A stretch of DNA of 41,300 nucleotides. Source: Catajapyx aquilonaris (Eukaryota). Positions 12,313 through 26,120 of this stretch are shown here, in pieces. Position 1 is the stretch's first letter. The number at the start of each line of letters is the position of its first letter. The notes under the pieces are model-generated. The model saw only the letters and a program-made list of their open reading frames with translations, had not been told where the DNA came from and did no database searches. Made by a program: the position numbers and the translations under genes. The DNA lies in contig KZ538900.1 in assembly GCA_000934665.2 (NCBI GenBank), forward strand, positions 1 to 41,300, given 5' to 3'.

Positions 12313-12990
12313 CAGGGTGATTACAAATGAATAGTATAATTACAAATGCATATAGCTCCGTACCTATCAACCGCACATGAACGTGTTATACACCAAATGA
12401 AAGAGGAGGTTTCAAAGTTTATTTCATACCTTATAAATGTTCTATATGACTTCCCTTGGTCACTCGAGAAACGTCAATCCGATAGTGCAATTCCTCCTAT
12501 ACTCGTGCCAGCATGTCCGTTGTCACTGACTCAACCGCAGTAACAATGCGATGTTTGAGTTCATCCAGGGTTGTTGGCATCGGTGGCACGTACACAGCAT
12601 CCTTAACGTACCCCCAAAGGAAGAAGTCGCATGGCGTCAAATCCGGCAACCTTGGGGGCCAGCAGTAAAGCGCCAAGTCTTGCAGGTCACTGCGACCTAT
12701 CCAACGACGAAGGAGCACATTGTTCAGAAACTGGCGAACATCTCAATGCCAGTGCATTGTTACTGCGGTTCAGTCAGTGACAACGGACATGCTGGCACGA
12801 GTATGGGAGGAATTGCACTATCGGATCGACGTTTCTCGAGTGACCAAGGGAAATCATATAGAACATTTATAAGGTATGAAAAAAACTGTAAAACCTCCTC
12901 TTTCATTTGGTGTATAACACGTTCATGTACGGTTGATAGGTACGGAGCTATATGCATTTGTAATTATACTATTCATTTGTAATCACCCTG
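12313..12990. mobile_element. Mariner-derived fold-back element with 237-bp inverted arms, inner member of the nest
   Basis: TA TSD; termini CAGGGTGATTACAAATGAATAG; arms 12313-12549 and 12754-12990. Confidence 0.93.
12431..12754 (-). pseudogene. C-terminal fragment of a Tc1/mariner-superfamily transposase (rosa/maT-like)
   Basis: HWH*DVRQFLNNVLLRRWIGR...WPPRLPDLTPCDFFLWGYVKDAVY...DMLARV*EELHYRIDVSRVTKGSHIEHL*; contains the SPDLxPxD-type motif; two internal stops. Confidence 0.9.
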
Positions 12991-15900
12991 TAAAGTTTGC
13001 CCACCCCTGGTGTAGAGTATAGAGTGTGTGCGTAAGAAAAGAAAAATGGTTACTTCACTAGTATCTCTTAGAAAACCGTCTTTCTTGTGTTGCTTCTTTT
13101 TGTGAGTGAACTCCCTCCCTCCCCACATGTATATGTACGGGGAGTGATGTAAAACAAACTAAATAAAATTAGAAACCATAATATAGTACCGGTACGTCAT
13201 TTGATGTTTTTGTTTTTTGTTGTGTTACACTAGTCTTTTCACTCCTCGGATTATCCGACGATGCCCCAGTCCCGTGGGTGACGGATAATCGGGGTTCTAC
13301 TAGTGAAATAGTACATATTTTATTATTAATAATTTATTCAATGGCGGCATCCCCCTTGAAGGCTGACCTTTTGGAAATCAAGTTTATTCTGTCACGTTTA
13401 AAATGCCTGATGTGGCCGAGATCGAAGGCTAAAAATAATAATCATTGTGATCTTAGAGGACGTCAATAAGTTTCAGTAGCTTACATTATGCGGTATGCAC
13501 AAAAAGTAAGACGCACTCTAACATTCTACCTGAATAATATGCATTGTCATCTTGTTAGGAACAATAATATTTATTTCTGCGTGGGATGCATGCATCAAAC
13601 CATTGTACTTGAGGAGTAATCAAGAAAAGAATATTTACCTATTTTTCCTAGCCCTCCGAGTCGCTCCGAGTATGTAACATACCGTGGATGACAGACTCTT
13701 TATTACATCCCCAGAGAGTTGATAAAGATGTGGCCTTTGTCCCAACAGGAAACTCTTTTCACATTACGCGAGACAGTAGTCTAACCTACAGCTCACACAG
13801 AAGGCCTTGGATGCACTTGAGGAGTCAGGTTGCTCTTGATTACGCGAATCCCCTGCTGAAGTCCAACAGCAGCAGTGACCAGTGCAATAGTGATAAGGCA
13901 ACGAAAGAGGTCGAAAGGTGTGATGTAGTAGCTCCCAGGCCCAGCCGGACTCGTCAGCATGGAATACGAGGATTTGGACCAGACAGACACAGACTGCGTG
14001 TGAGTACAAGAATATGTACACCTATAGGACAGTGAAGGCATGGGAGAAGTTGTGCATGGTTTTCCTAACAACCAGTTCAAAGATAGGCAACTATCGTGAC
14101 AATTGAATGTAGCTCTGATTGTTGATTCCAACGGGTTGTTTGAAATTGGTGATGGCTGTGATAGAATAAGGACCAGCATAACTTGTGTAGGGCAGTGCAC
14201 TAATCCGTATACCGTGTGTTCCAGTTGAGGTGTCCTTTTAAAGTTAGCAATTTTTTCACTTCGTTGCTTACTTTCAAACTGTTACTGTAGGGACTATCGA
14301 AAATATAGACTGCTAATATTATGTGGAACATTTGCAACTTTTTCACTACAGTTACTGCAGTGTACAGTGTATAGCCTGGAAAAAATAGTTCAATCCTCAG
14401 CACTAATGAGACACTCGGAAATGTTTTAAGCTGTAGGTTATATTCCAGCTCGGACGCTTCTGCTAACCTAATATAGCTCCTAAAAGTTCATCATCAATTC
14501 ATCATCATCATCAACATCACGACATTTCCCTGTGAGAGGTAGTCAGCGATGAGGGAGACGCAAGCTAACCCACATATGAACTAAATTAAAACTTGCGAAA
14601 ATAAACCTATAAACAACCCCTAAAAGTTAACTGTTGGAAAGTAACTGCTGAATAATAAGGAGCTGAGGGAGTGAAAATTGTATACTGAAAGGCACTGCTG
14701 TACATCACCTCAATATATTACAACTATCTCTGTTGACACTTAAAATGCATGGCAGTAATGGGAAATTTGCGACATTCCATTACATACAGTATTACTCTAT
14801 TTGACCCAACGAGTCGTAGCAAACCATTTTCAAGCCATCCTTTTGACATTCTACACTATTTTCGTGGCCACGTGTAAAGTACCTGTCGGTGCAACTGCGC
14901 AGGATTTCTAGGACAGTGACCCATACCGCATGAAAACGCGAATACGTGGTTGGTCTCACGCTCTAAAGGGTTGGAAGGCCAGCATCTTAGTCATAACCAA
15001 GTGATAAGCAATGAACTGGATCGGGTTTTGAGGCAGGATGTGGCAGGCCTGCATCAGATTTCTTCCTGGTGAACGCATGCTGTGTAAATGGACATGATAG
15101 CTGGCATTAATCTCATGAACAAAAGGCTATAACAAATTTTGCACTCTTTTCATGACTGTTTACTTTCAATTTGACTGCTAAAAACTGTTTTGATGCAAAG
15201 AACAAGGGATTTTTTTCAGAGTTATTAATTATTATATCCCAGTAACTAAGTTATTTCTAAGCTGTGTCAAACAATAGTAGGATCTGCATACAAAGCTTTT
15301 AGTAGTGACACTATAACTTTAGGCATAAAATAGTTCTTCCCAGGGTAAACAATGCAAGTTGCGTTGTAGTATATGCCGCCAGCATGTACTATACATGATT
15401 ATCTTGCATGCTATTTATCTTACTCTGAACCAATAAATTTTTCACCCAAAGCACTCGCATTTGGACAGCATGAAGATATTTAAAATGGGCTTAAGTTGGA
15501 AATAGTTATGGCTACATTGTGATTTATCTACAAACTTCACGAAAATTATCCATAAGCACTCCTAATTTCATAAAATTTGGACCAAGTAGCGAACACGAAA
15601 TCCAAGTTTTCACGACAGTTCAATGAGGAACTCATCATACCACAGGCCACTTTATTTCGTGATTTAATGAACTTTCCAATAATAATGAGTATCATGCGAT
15701 ACTTTGCTATTGTGGAGATTGCATGGAGGGGAATTTAAAAGACCTCTCTCCTAAACGCGTAATGAAGCAAGCCCAGTGATGATAGCTTGTGTGATTGTAC
15801 TCATTACAGAAACTGCGAAGTCTTTTTTCCGCAATAATTTGTAAGATTCAAGTGGAAGAAAGTCTGGAACAAATCCGAAGAAATGTGAGTGAAAATCTCC

Positions 15901-17899
15901 CAATTTGGATGCAGGAGCCTTCCTTTGCTCTTTTCTTTTCCTTTCCGGATCCCCAACCCGACTTCCCATCACCTCCCTCTTCCTCCCTCCCAAACCGCCA
16001 CCAATCCTCCTTCTCCAGAGGCCAACTTTTCGCCAAATCCAAATTCAACATTTCCCCCCTCCCCCCCATCCCTCCTCTGTAATTGCCATGAAGTACGACT
16101 CCCACTTCGACCACAAGTTATTGGAAATGATTTGTAGTAATTTTCTCCTAATCTTCTGCAAGTCATGTAAAGCTCCAAAAGGGACGCATAAACGTATGAT
16201 TTACAACTCCGGTTTATCGCATTAGGGCCCATTTAGTAATCCGTCTACAAACGAAGCCAATCTTGACCAAACGGCCTCAACTAGGATGTATCACCAACTT
16301 TTAATTTCTTCCCACCCCGATAATAGCCACTCGCTGTAAAAATGGTGACAGCTAAGCGAGGTGATATTTTTGTGTTGGCCTGATTTACGAGGCCCAAGTT
16401 TATTGTTTACCCAAGGCTGACGTCCCCTGGTTTAAACCCAGGGAGCTTTGATTGAATTTCAAGATTTTTATCTCACGAGTGGTTGGTGGGGGGATCACAA
16501 ATCAGTCGCAACGTCGACCGCTCGCGCCATTTTTGTACGCCTTATTTCATTTCTTGCCTTTTTGCTGGCTTCTCAACATGTACAGTGGCATCTATTTCCC
16601 CTACAGGTCTAAATCACAGCATTAGCAGCCAATCCTCTTATCCGGAAGTGGAAGAAAAGAAAAAAAATATTTCTCCCATCGGACCCCCCCTTCCCTTCCC
16701 AAAGCATCTTTGGGCCAACTCTGGTGGCTGCATTTGACATTACTGTTACCTACAGCCTATAATAGGCCTGATCGCGTAGAGAAAAGTAGTTCCAAGCTTT
16801 TTCAAGGTATGGATAAAAAACAGTGGACCAATGTTCTCCGGGATAGGATTTGAGGTTTGCCATTACGTAATCCTATAACCGTCTTGATGGCGCCATGGGC
16901 TTCATCCAGCATTATTAAGGTTTGCCACTAGCCGTCCACTTACAAAGGGGAAATGGGCTAAAGCGCTCGGATTCATGTCTTTTCCTTTCCCGCAGGATTT
17001 TGTCGCGTTATGGCCAACACTTGGGACTCTGCTGGGGACTATATGCCCGCTTGTAATCACCTTGTTTTACTGGGGCATTCGATACGTCAACGTCGCTTTG
17101 GAGTCGACTTTAGAGTTCAACTTATGGAATCTCAGGGACGCGGACGTTAGGGAATTTAGGAAACCAATTTTGTATCAATATATTTGACTAACTGCTGAAA
17201 TTAGAGCCATATGACCCAGAAAGTGTGGTTTGTAACAGGTTTACGAAACATTTTTGACTGCAACCCAACCCATAAGAACCTTAGGGGGTCTAAACGTAAG
17301 CCCCTAACCCCCTAACCTAACCCAACCCAACCCATTTTGATGGCCCCTGCCTGTAACAACTAAGGAAATAATGGCAATGACTAAAAATTGTAAAACAAAA
17401 TATCTGGACTTTCCGCTTTAATTCTGATCCAACATGGACAAACTATTATGTGGGGACTGAAGAATAAGAATACCTTTCTCCTATTCTTCCCCACATATTC
17501 GTACAATAGTTTTCCCCTGGCATTATTCTTCTACTTGCTATACTACAATGTATAGCACACATACCCTGGACAGGAATGTAACATACTGCTGGAGAATAAA
17601 ATATGATTCCTTCCCAGCATTTCAGTTTTGTAGGTTGAAGCTATCCTTTTGACTAAATCAAACAAAGGATGCATGTGTAATGCACAAAATGCAAATTCCA
17701 GAAGAATCAATCTTGCAAGTCTTTTTAAGGACGCGTAAGGACTTTAGGGGATTATTCAAACTTGACATTTCAACAGAAGCGCAGGAACGAAGAAGTAGGC
17801 TCATTATTTTTGTTACTATTATAATATTAGACCTATAAAAATGATTGCCCCATGATAGGCTTGTGGCCTTTATTATACACCCAACTTTATTCACCGACT

Positions 17900-18080
17900 G
17901 TTGTGTAATGGATTTTTGTGTGTGAGAGGAAACGGGAGAGCTCCGAGAAAGCCCACGCTAACATGGAGAACATATCGAACCTCTTTCCGCATGAGAAAAT
18001 CCTCAGTTCTCCCAGAGGATCGAACTCGAGGCGTCAGAGGTGGAAGGTTGCAAACCGTTGTAAACACTAAGTCACCGTGT
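17900..18080 (-). mobile_element. Degenerate tRNA-derived SINE
   Basis: B-box-like GAGTTCGATCC on the minus strand (~18018-18028) and GAGGAAACGGGAGAGCTCCGAGAAAGCCCACGC, resembling a common SINE core. Confidence 0.5.
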
Positions 18081-21000
18081 CGTATCTATTATTTGTTAAA
18101 ATTAAACTCGGAGTGCTCATTTATTCCGAATTTGTGACAATACACTTTATAAGCATGCGTAAGGTATTTAATTATTCAAAATATATTACGGCTATAAAAC
18201 AATATCGTTATTAATCATAACGTGCTGTCCTCCATATTATTCAAGTTCATCTGTATGTGACATTCAAAAATCAATGTGTGAATAGGCTGATTGTTTATTT
18301 TGGAATATTTTAAAACAAATTACTAAAGCTAACTGGCGGGAAAATCTCATCCAGTAACATCACCCTGTAGCAAAATTCCAAGTTCCCCAGACTCCGTTCC
18401 TACCTCACGCCTCTCCCCCTCACAGCACAGCTATTGATTAGGAGTTTGAACATCTGCAATTCAATGACAATTAGCAGAACACATCCTCGTTTTCCCCACG
18501 TTCGGGATTTCGAGGGAGGACATTCTTGCATAAAATTTTTCTGGTTGCCGAACAAGAGGGATTAGAAGTTATAGGTATTCGAAACTGCTGATCGACAGCG
18601 CAAGAACAAAAACAGTTCAATTGGCAAACCATGTTAGGACCCGGATCTTTTTTTGTCCGTTTGCGATCAACCAATCTTATTTTAGGCAAACAGTGGCCAT
18701 GGAGCGGAGGTGTTAACTGGAACAAAATGGATGTTGTGGGACTGCGCACCCTCCCATGCATAAAATTCACATTGTAGTAAACCTACATGCTCTGCACATC
18801 CGAAACAGCTTACGTTTAGAGAATGACAAAATGGCATGGTGCCATGGTACTTGTTCCAGGTTCTTTTTAAGGTACAACGTTACTCAACACAATTTATTTG
18901 GTATAGTATAGGGAAGGGTTGTAGGATCATTCTGATGAAAGTCACAGTTAACCGATAGTATACTATACTGTATATGATTTGTCATTTGTATGTAACATCA
19001 CGGCTCTCTGACCTCTCCAATAGTGTTACGTCGAAATGGACTCTCCAGCTATCTTCAACTCACAGTCAGTGTCACATCAGCAATAAAGTGTATTGTTCGG
19101 TGTTGGACGCAACTGTGTTTACATAGGACGGGGTATGTTGATTGGGGTGAGTTGTTGTTACAAGGGTGTTGAGGGAAGTTGGGCTAGTGGCAGTGGGGGA
19201 GCGGAGTGAAGAGTGTGCAAGAATCGTGCTGGCTGTGTTTTGTCTGTGTGATGGGAGAATGAACGTGTGATAATGGACAGGTGTTTTTCTATGTGGGCGA
19301 AGGGGTGGTGGAAAATGGAGGAAAAGCAGAAATTTTCGATAATTTCAAAATAAATGACTTGTTCAAATTCTCTGATGTACCTCAAAAAAACATCCAGATA
19401 GCATCCATAACATAACATAAGTCTTCAGGATGGACACGTCATCATTTGTATGTGCACACAATATTCTATTTAACCGAATTTGTTAATGAGAATATTCTTG
19501 TTACGCCGCTACGAAAACATTGCATCTGATGGGGCAACAAAGAGCGAAGAGCGCCACCATTTTATATCGCCTGCGAAACAGAGCCAGTCTGCGTCAAGTT
19601 GTGTGTACCAAAAGGGTGTGATAAGAACAGCTAATCATCAGAATGTCACAGGAAATAAGCTGCAAATTGGGAAAAGTCGCATCTTTGAGCTGGTACTTTG
19701 GAGCATTTAATCTCTCTGCAGTGTTGTTAACTTGTGTTGATATCGCAGTAATATTCGGCCAATAACGCTGCCTCATTGGTGGATCCCAACGTCAGTTATA
19801 ATGTTTTTCATATCTTTCTCTGGTATACATGTCAGAAATGTCATTATCCAGTTTAGCATAACGAATAGTAAGTTCTTATGTGCCAACATCACCGCGTTAC
19901 TAATTCTCTACTTTAAATATGAGTCATGATGGATAGCCAATGATTAATTAATTCCTAACTTGCTGAAGTTTTCATTTCCAACTTTGGATTAATTAACAAG
20001 CGCCAACAGCACCTGTTGAGGTATAGACTCCCTTCTGTTCTACAAGTACCAATCTTGCATCACATGCATGATGAGGTGAAATCCGTAGTTTAAATTCCAT
20101 AATTTACTCAGTTTGCATTGCGATTAACAGGGCATTGTACGTCTTGTAAACTGAAGAAATTGATGATTACTCTGAAATTTATTTCCAATCATCGTCGATA
20201 AAGCAATTTATCTAGTAACAGTACTCTAAATGAGATATCTTCGTTTGCGTATTTTATCACTGATCCTAGCCAGTTGAGAGGAGGCAGTCTGTCGTGTTGA
20301 TAACGTCAAGTTATGTGATTTAGGTTGAACTGCACGATGTTCAAAACAATAATAATGCATTATCTTTTACTATAGCTGACAAGGACACATTGTATATGAT
20401 AATCGTTTTTCTGCGAAATTCTTTCCTGTTTGTTCCTGGAAGCAGGGACTTGCGGTGCCAGACTTGTCAAGATGCTACGAGACAAATGAAATTCCAATGC
20501 CTTTCACAACTACATAGTACAGTCTGCTACAGTTCCTGTCCGGTTAGTATAATCTAGGCTTCGTCGAGCTTCTGAGCCAACAGTACCGGGATCGAAAATC
20601 ATCCAGGGTCCAGCAGGATGTGTACTTTGAGACTGGTGATGGTGAGGTAAAATATTCAGAAGCCATGTTATTATAGTGACTGCCTGTAAGTATCAGCTCA
20701 TTTTGAACTTACAAGAAGCTGGTGACGAAGTGTCATGGACGAAAGAGTGGTACAGAGTATATGGGCTGCATTCACTATTTGTTAAGTTACAATTGTGTCA
20801 CAGGCGAATAATTCAGGGCCAGCTAATGGGAATCTTGTGAGTACAGCTTGTACACGTACGACTGATGTGCTGGTCTATTTAAAAACTGCCCATTTTTCAA
20901 CATCTGCATGCTCCGCAAGTATAGTTAAATAATAACTGATAAGGGAACAAGTAAAGGTTATCCTTGTCAGTGCAGTGGGGTAAATGGTCTCAAGTGCGAT

Positions 21001-21891
21001 TGTGCAATAACAGTGATGCCAAAACATGACTCACTGGACGTAATTGTAGACACGCGGAGATAGCAAAATCATCAATGTCTGTGACCGTATAATACGACTA
21101 CTTATGCGAGATGTTAATCATATCAACATTATACATATAACGACTGGATTGGAAAGAGAAAAAAAACGCAATTAGTATCACTGACGCTGGTAAGTACTTA
21201 AAACGCGGATTAACTTAGATAAAAGTCACATTACCACAGGGGCATCAATTTGTGAAAGCTGCTTCTGAAAAATGTTTTCAGAAATAAAAGTAAGCTGGCT
21301 AAAAAAAATGGGCGGGTGATGCGAGGGGCTAGGGGGGGGGAGGGGGTGGTCCCGGATTGTCATTTGTCTCTTGCTCATAATTCGGAGCGGTATTAACGTT
21401 GATGCGACAACAAATGAGGCTGAGTGTCCGCTCCCGAACGACAATATCCGATTTTGGGGTGGATGGTTCCCAATGTTTGGCGTGCAATTCTCACTTGCCT
21501 CGATAGACCTTCCCCCCAGACTAATTCCCCACTGCTATTTTTTCCACATCCAACAGCGTGTGCTTTTTTTACACCCTCTCCCCCACCTTTCCCTCTCCTC
21601 CTCTCCCCACCACCCACTTTTTTTTTGGTGCCTCCCATGCATCTCTCTCCTACCTCGCTCGCCTGTATCCTCATTTCAGAATTAGGCCATAATATGGCCC
21701 AAAAATAAGCCTCGCAAACTTGTTAGGACTATCTCTGCTACATTTATAAACGGGTATTTCATTGCCAAAAATGTATGTGCTTGGTGCATTGGTGTTGAAC
21801 TGGAATTTTTGGTGGTATTATGAAATGCAAGTAGAATGTTATAAGAATGGTATCGACCTGTAACTTTCCTTTAGCTGCTTTCCATTGTGCT

Positions 21892-21940
21892 TAATTGCCT
21901 TAATAGAAGATAAATTATTTATCTTCTATTAAGTCAATTA
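21892..21940. repeat. 49-bp AT-rich quasi-palindrome
   Basis: CTTAATAGAAGATAAAT-T-ATTTATCTTCTATTAAG with TAATTG/CAATTA extension. Confidence 0.85.
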
Positions 21941-24475
21941 GGTTGCTAATTGGCTTTAATGGCTGACTTTGCACTTCCAGGCCTTTCAGAAGGATATTTT
22001 GGCATTCCTGTTATTGGCAATGTGTAGTTGGCGCCTAGTATCCGAGGTCATTTATCGTAAACGTTGCATTGACACTAATGATATCAATAGCGTGCAATGT
22101 TATACGTATATGATGAGTGCTCATTGTCGATAAGCTTCAAGTTGAGGTTTGTCACATGCAGAAGCTTTTATTAGCGCAAGCGTATCGGCATTGACAATAT
22201 GTGAAGTTGACTATGCGATTTATAGGAGGTCATATTGGACAAAATAATATTATCGCGTGCACTATTCTTTTGTTTATATCTTATGAGTGCCACTTCCTAC
22301 AGCACATGCCTCACTTGCCACACATGTAAATGCACACACTAAAAGGATATGAGAAAGATTTAATTTGGCTGATAGTACTGGATAATCTATATTAAGATTC
22401 ACCGTGTAGGCTTATGTGCAATATCCACATGCAATAATTCTATAGTGGAAGTCACTTTTTAATTTTCCAAGATGCCCGTGGGAACGAACGTGATATGCCA
22501 GATGTAAAACACCTGAAAAAACTGCCTCAAAAATACTGAAAATATTTATATACTGTACATATTGCACTTTTAAACTCGTGCAGTTTCAGTACGATGTTTA
22601 GGTAATTACCAGAACGAATGTAATTAATTATTTCAGAAATTGGTCTAGAGCAGGAAAACTGGACACAGCAAGTGCACAGGTACACGGTTTGTCGGTTTGA
22701 CACAAATACTCTCAGTATATACTACCTGCACTTAAAAATGAGACGTATTCTATTTGCGTATACCATATATTGTGAAGAAGCTGTTATGTTCTGTTAAAAG
22801 TGTGATGGAAAAGAATATCACGTGATCAGACCTGAATAATAATTTCCCGTAAAGTGTGTTATTACCCGAATGATAACATCAAATACAGCATCTGGCGCAA
22901 TTTACCATGGGTACAGCGATATTGAGGGTGCTCGAAAGTGACATGCCTGGAAAATAATAATTAAAAACTTATCGATGGATGCCTGCTGAACTCGTGTTTA
23001 CGGTTGATACGTATAACGTGCACGTGCATTGCGAACAGTGTGGTTAAGCCTTGGTGGTTCTCGTCTTAACTTAATAAAGTCCATATACTTGTGTCCTAGG
23101 AATTTCCATAGTAAAAATGTACGAATATCTTCCACAATCATGTAAAGCGATATTATGTTTATCCGCAGAGCCTCATGATCTATTATGTCTAAATCGGCAT
23201 TTTAATGCAATTTATCAACGCTTAGCCTCACTTGCCACTCGCCATTGATGGCTATACTCCGATTTTTCAAAGTATTGTTCTAAATGATAATATGCCTACT
23301 ATTGTTGTCATGACTAAGCAAGTCACAATAACAATGTCAACAAAGGCGACACTGTTTGCTCCTTAAGAAAATTGGAATATGTATACCGGTACATATCTGA
23401 AATTGATGCCCCGAGGTATATACGACATAATTATGCCTTCACATGCTTGCAAATGTCGGAAATTTTGCACACACAGAGCACTCCTTCGTCCAAGTTCTTT
23501 TGCCTTCCCTCGAGACATGTAGCCAGACAGAATCGCAACATACTGTACGTTCTCAGGGCGTGGCACCTAATATCAAATATGGTGTGTGCGATTCTGCTGT
23601 ATAGTGCATACGCTATGTTTCTATTCATGAACAACGAGTAAATAATATATAATACCGGTACTGTAGATGCTGGGTCAGGTGCTATATACACGGAGAGATT
23701 ATTCATACTGCTGACCCTAGGAATCTCTGTCAGATAATATCATATTCGGGTACTCACGATCAACCTTTGCAGTGTCAAGGTCAATGTTTGACTGCTCAAG
23801 GTCGACTTTCGATTCTGCAGTTCTTACTGTTAGTATCGCATCGGGCCCACCGATATGTCCCGCGACCAATTCACGATCTCAAAATCTATAGTGTAAAGTG
23901 CATTCTAACTTACAGTAAGTTTTTAATACATAATTTTGGTACAAAGGTATTCTGGCGCTATACAACCAGCAAGGTGAAGATTATAGGGCAAAATGAAACC
24001 TTCACCTTGCTCCCCTACCGTATGCCAGCAGTATTACAAAATAGTAACTATTTGAAAAGGTGATGGAACATTTACATGAATAAGCAGTACATTATTATCT
24101 TTATTCCAACTTTTCTGGTGGAAGCTGGATGAAGGGATGGACACAGCATGCTGCAAGCTGCAGCTGCAAGCGTCGCGTCGGCATGTTGAATCCCACGGAA
24201 TTTGTCTTGAATATTTTGAAGAGAAAATTGGACGCTAACTTAATTTTTATATTTTTACCGTTACTTTGCATCGAGTCACGGACTTTGTATTTCAATGGAC
24301 ATAATAACAGTTATTGTTATAAACTAATAAACTAACAGTGAGCGCCGATGGCATTTTGATCGGCGGCGGCGTATACAGTCCGATTTGACTGGCGGCGGCG
24401 TAATCGACTCAATAGGCGCATACGACGATTCGCAGGAAGCGGGGAAAATGATGGGGGGGGGGGGGGGGGGGGGGG

Positions 24476-24494
24476 NNNNNNNNNNNNNNNNNNN
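24476..24494. other. Assembly gap next to a poly-G run
   Basis: 19 N follow a G homopolymer; a single N precedes a poly-C run at 9333. Confidence 0.95.
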
Positions 24495-25976
24495 ATAACT
24501 TACAGAGAATTTTTCCGTGGCGTAGTTGATGCCGATTGCACGATTAAAACATCGGCTACGCAGGAATCCAAAATCAGTTGGCTGCAAGAACATTCTTTAT
24601 GAATTATGTGGGTATTTTAGACGTATCTACTTTAGAATCACGGTATTTGATCTGTATAATTGTACATTATGGTAGCACCAGCCAGGACATATTATATTAT
24701 AAGGCTTCAAGTTCGTTATCTTAATACAGTAATAATGCAAGTTTATGATAGCCTACGTGATATTGCAAGTCAGTTATACGCCAGCCGAATATAAAACTGA
24801 CAAGATGCAGTAAGTGTCGCGATTGATTTCCGTCTGCATGCAGGTCCGAATGTTAATTTATACTACGAAATTTAAAAATATATAATTAAATAATTATAAA
24901 ATGCAATAACATCATAAACCCTTGAAATAGAGGTGAAAATATTTTGTTTATTTTTCCCCCCCTGATATGATACACGATTTTAATGACAGAGTGATGTCAT
25001 ATTAAAATTTGTTAAATATGAGTTATTATTATCATCAATCCGTGATAACAGAGTTGCGGCTGCTCGCCTTTTTTGGAATTTTTGTTGCCATGTCATCAGA
25101 TACCAAGCTAAATGGCAGCTGCTTTGATCTGGCACACTAATTGCTAAAATGAGTTCACCCTTGTGGCCACCATTTCTGCCTCAAACTATTCCGCTCTGAT
25201 ACGCTTACCCTGTCCATCTCTGTCAAGAATATCACCTGACTATAGTTTGTATAGGACTGAAAACTGTGTATGTTTTTGCGTCCTTTTTTGAGAAATTGCC
25301 GGGGAAAATGCGGAATTCTACAGTATCTACACCATACCATGGCTTACAATAATAGCTCTTCACTGACAGGCATCGTAACTGTACTTATCTTCGTTAATTT
25401 TATAACCAGAAGGGCTTGACAGTTTGTGCATCAGTAATATTTCTTTACCATATGTATACCGGTATAGGGTGGATTTTAATTACACATCGAGTGTCGGAGG
25501 CCTAGTAATGGCGACCATATGCGAGGCATCGCCCCATTTACATCAGTGTTTGTAAGTGCCAATCATGTAATAAGGATATCTCATATGACCGTTGTGGTGT
25601 CTGATAAGATGCAGGAGAGAGTTGCGCAGTATAGAATTTTGGCTATTTTCGAAAATACGGGTAAAATGAGTCTTTTTTGCACTGTTTACACTAATCTGAC
25701 TCGATCCAAGAATAAAGGAGGAAAGTAAACACAAGAGCATACGGTAATATCACTACTGTATGTCTAGAGTAGGATGAAATATTAGTGAAGAAACTCGTTT
25801 GGCTATATTTGAGGAGCTTAGTTACAAAATGGGCTTCTGGCACTTTTATCGAAATTGCGTTGACATTGTCGACCGACCCCTTCACACTGATTAATATAAG
25901 ACGGTTATAAGAGTTGTTATACCGTATGTGTTTGAATTTACGCTCATAAAAAGAAATTTTCAATGTAATTTACGTC

Positions 25977-26120
25977 AAATTTCAAGGGGTTAACCACTTC
26001 GGTATACTCCGGTGTATACCTTGCAGTGTGGTACTCCCGCAGGTACTCCTTAGGTACGTATATTCCTTGGTACTCCAGTGTATACGTTACAGTCGAGTGG
26101 TCAACCCCTTGTCAAATTCT
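25977..26120. mobile_element. Small inverted-repeat element (MITE-like)
   Basis: CAAGGGGTTAACCACT ... AGTGGTCAACCCCTTG with repeated GGTA(TA)CTCC internal motifs; degenerate IR may extend to ~25910-26210. Confidence 0.5.

Larger units (their letters stand above)
11976..13009. mobile_element. hAT (Charlie-like) MITE, middle member of the nest
   Basis: TIR CAGGGGTAGGCAAACT ... AGTTTGCCCACCCCTG; subterminal CGGCCC motifs; degenerate 8-bp TSD GCATACAG / GTGTAGAG. Confidence 0.8.
11833..13302. mobile_element. Tigger/pogo-like MITE, outer member of a nest
   Basis: TA-CAGCAAAACACCGATTATCCG ... CGGATAATCGGGGTTCTACT; repeated subterminal TTATCCGAC motifs. Confidence 0.75.

Noticed and set aside
17281..17340. 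Interstitial telomeric repeat
   Set aside because: Only a few degenerate CCTAA/CCCAA units; common inside small TEs.
19840..20340. Degenerate LINE reverse-transcriptase remnant (similar hints at 780-1000, 7600-7750, 14200-14420)
   Set aside because: Only faint motif resemblance requiring several frameshifts; needs a profile search to call.
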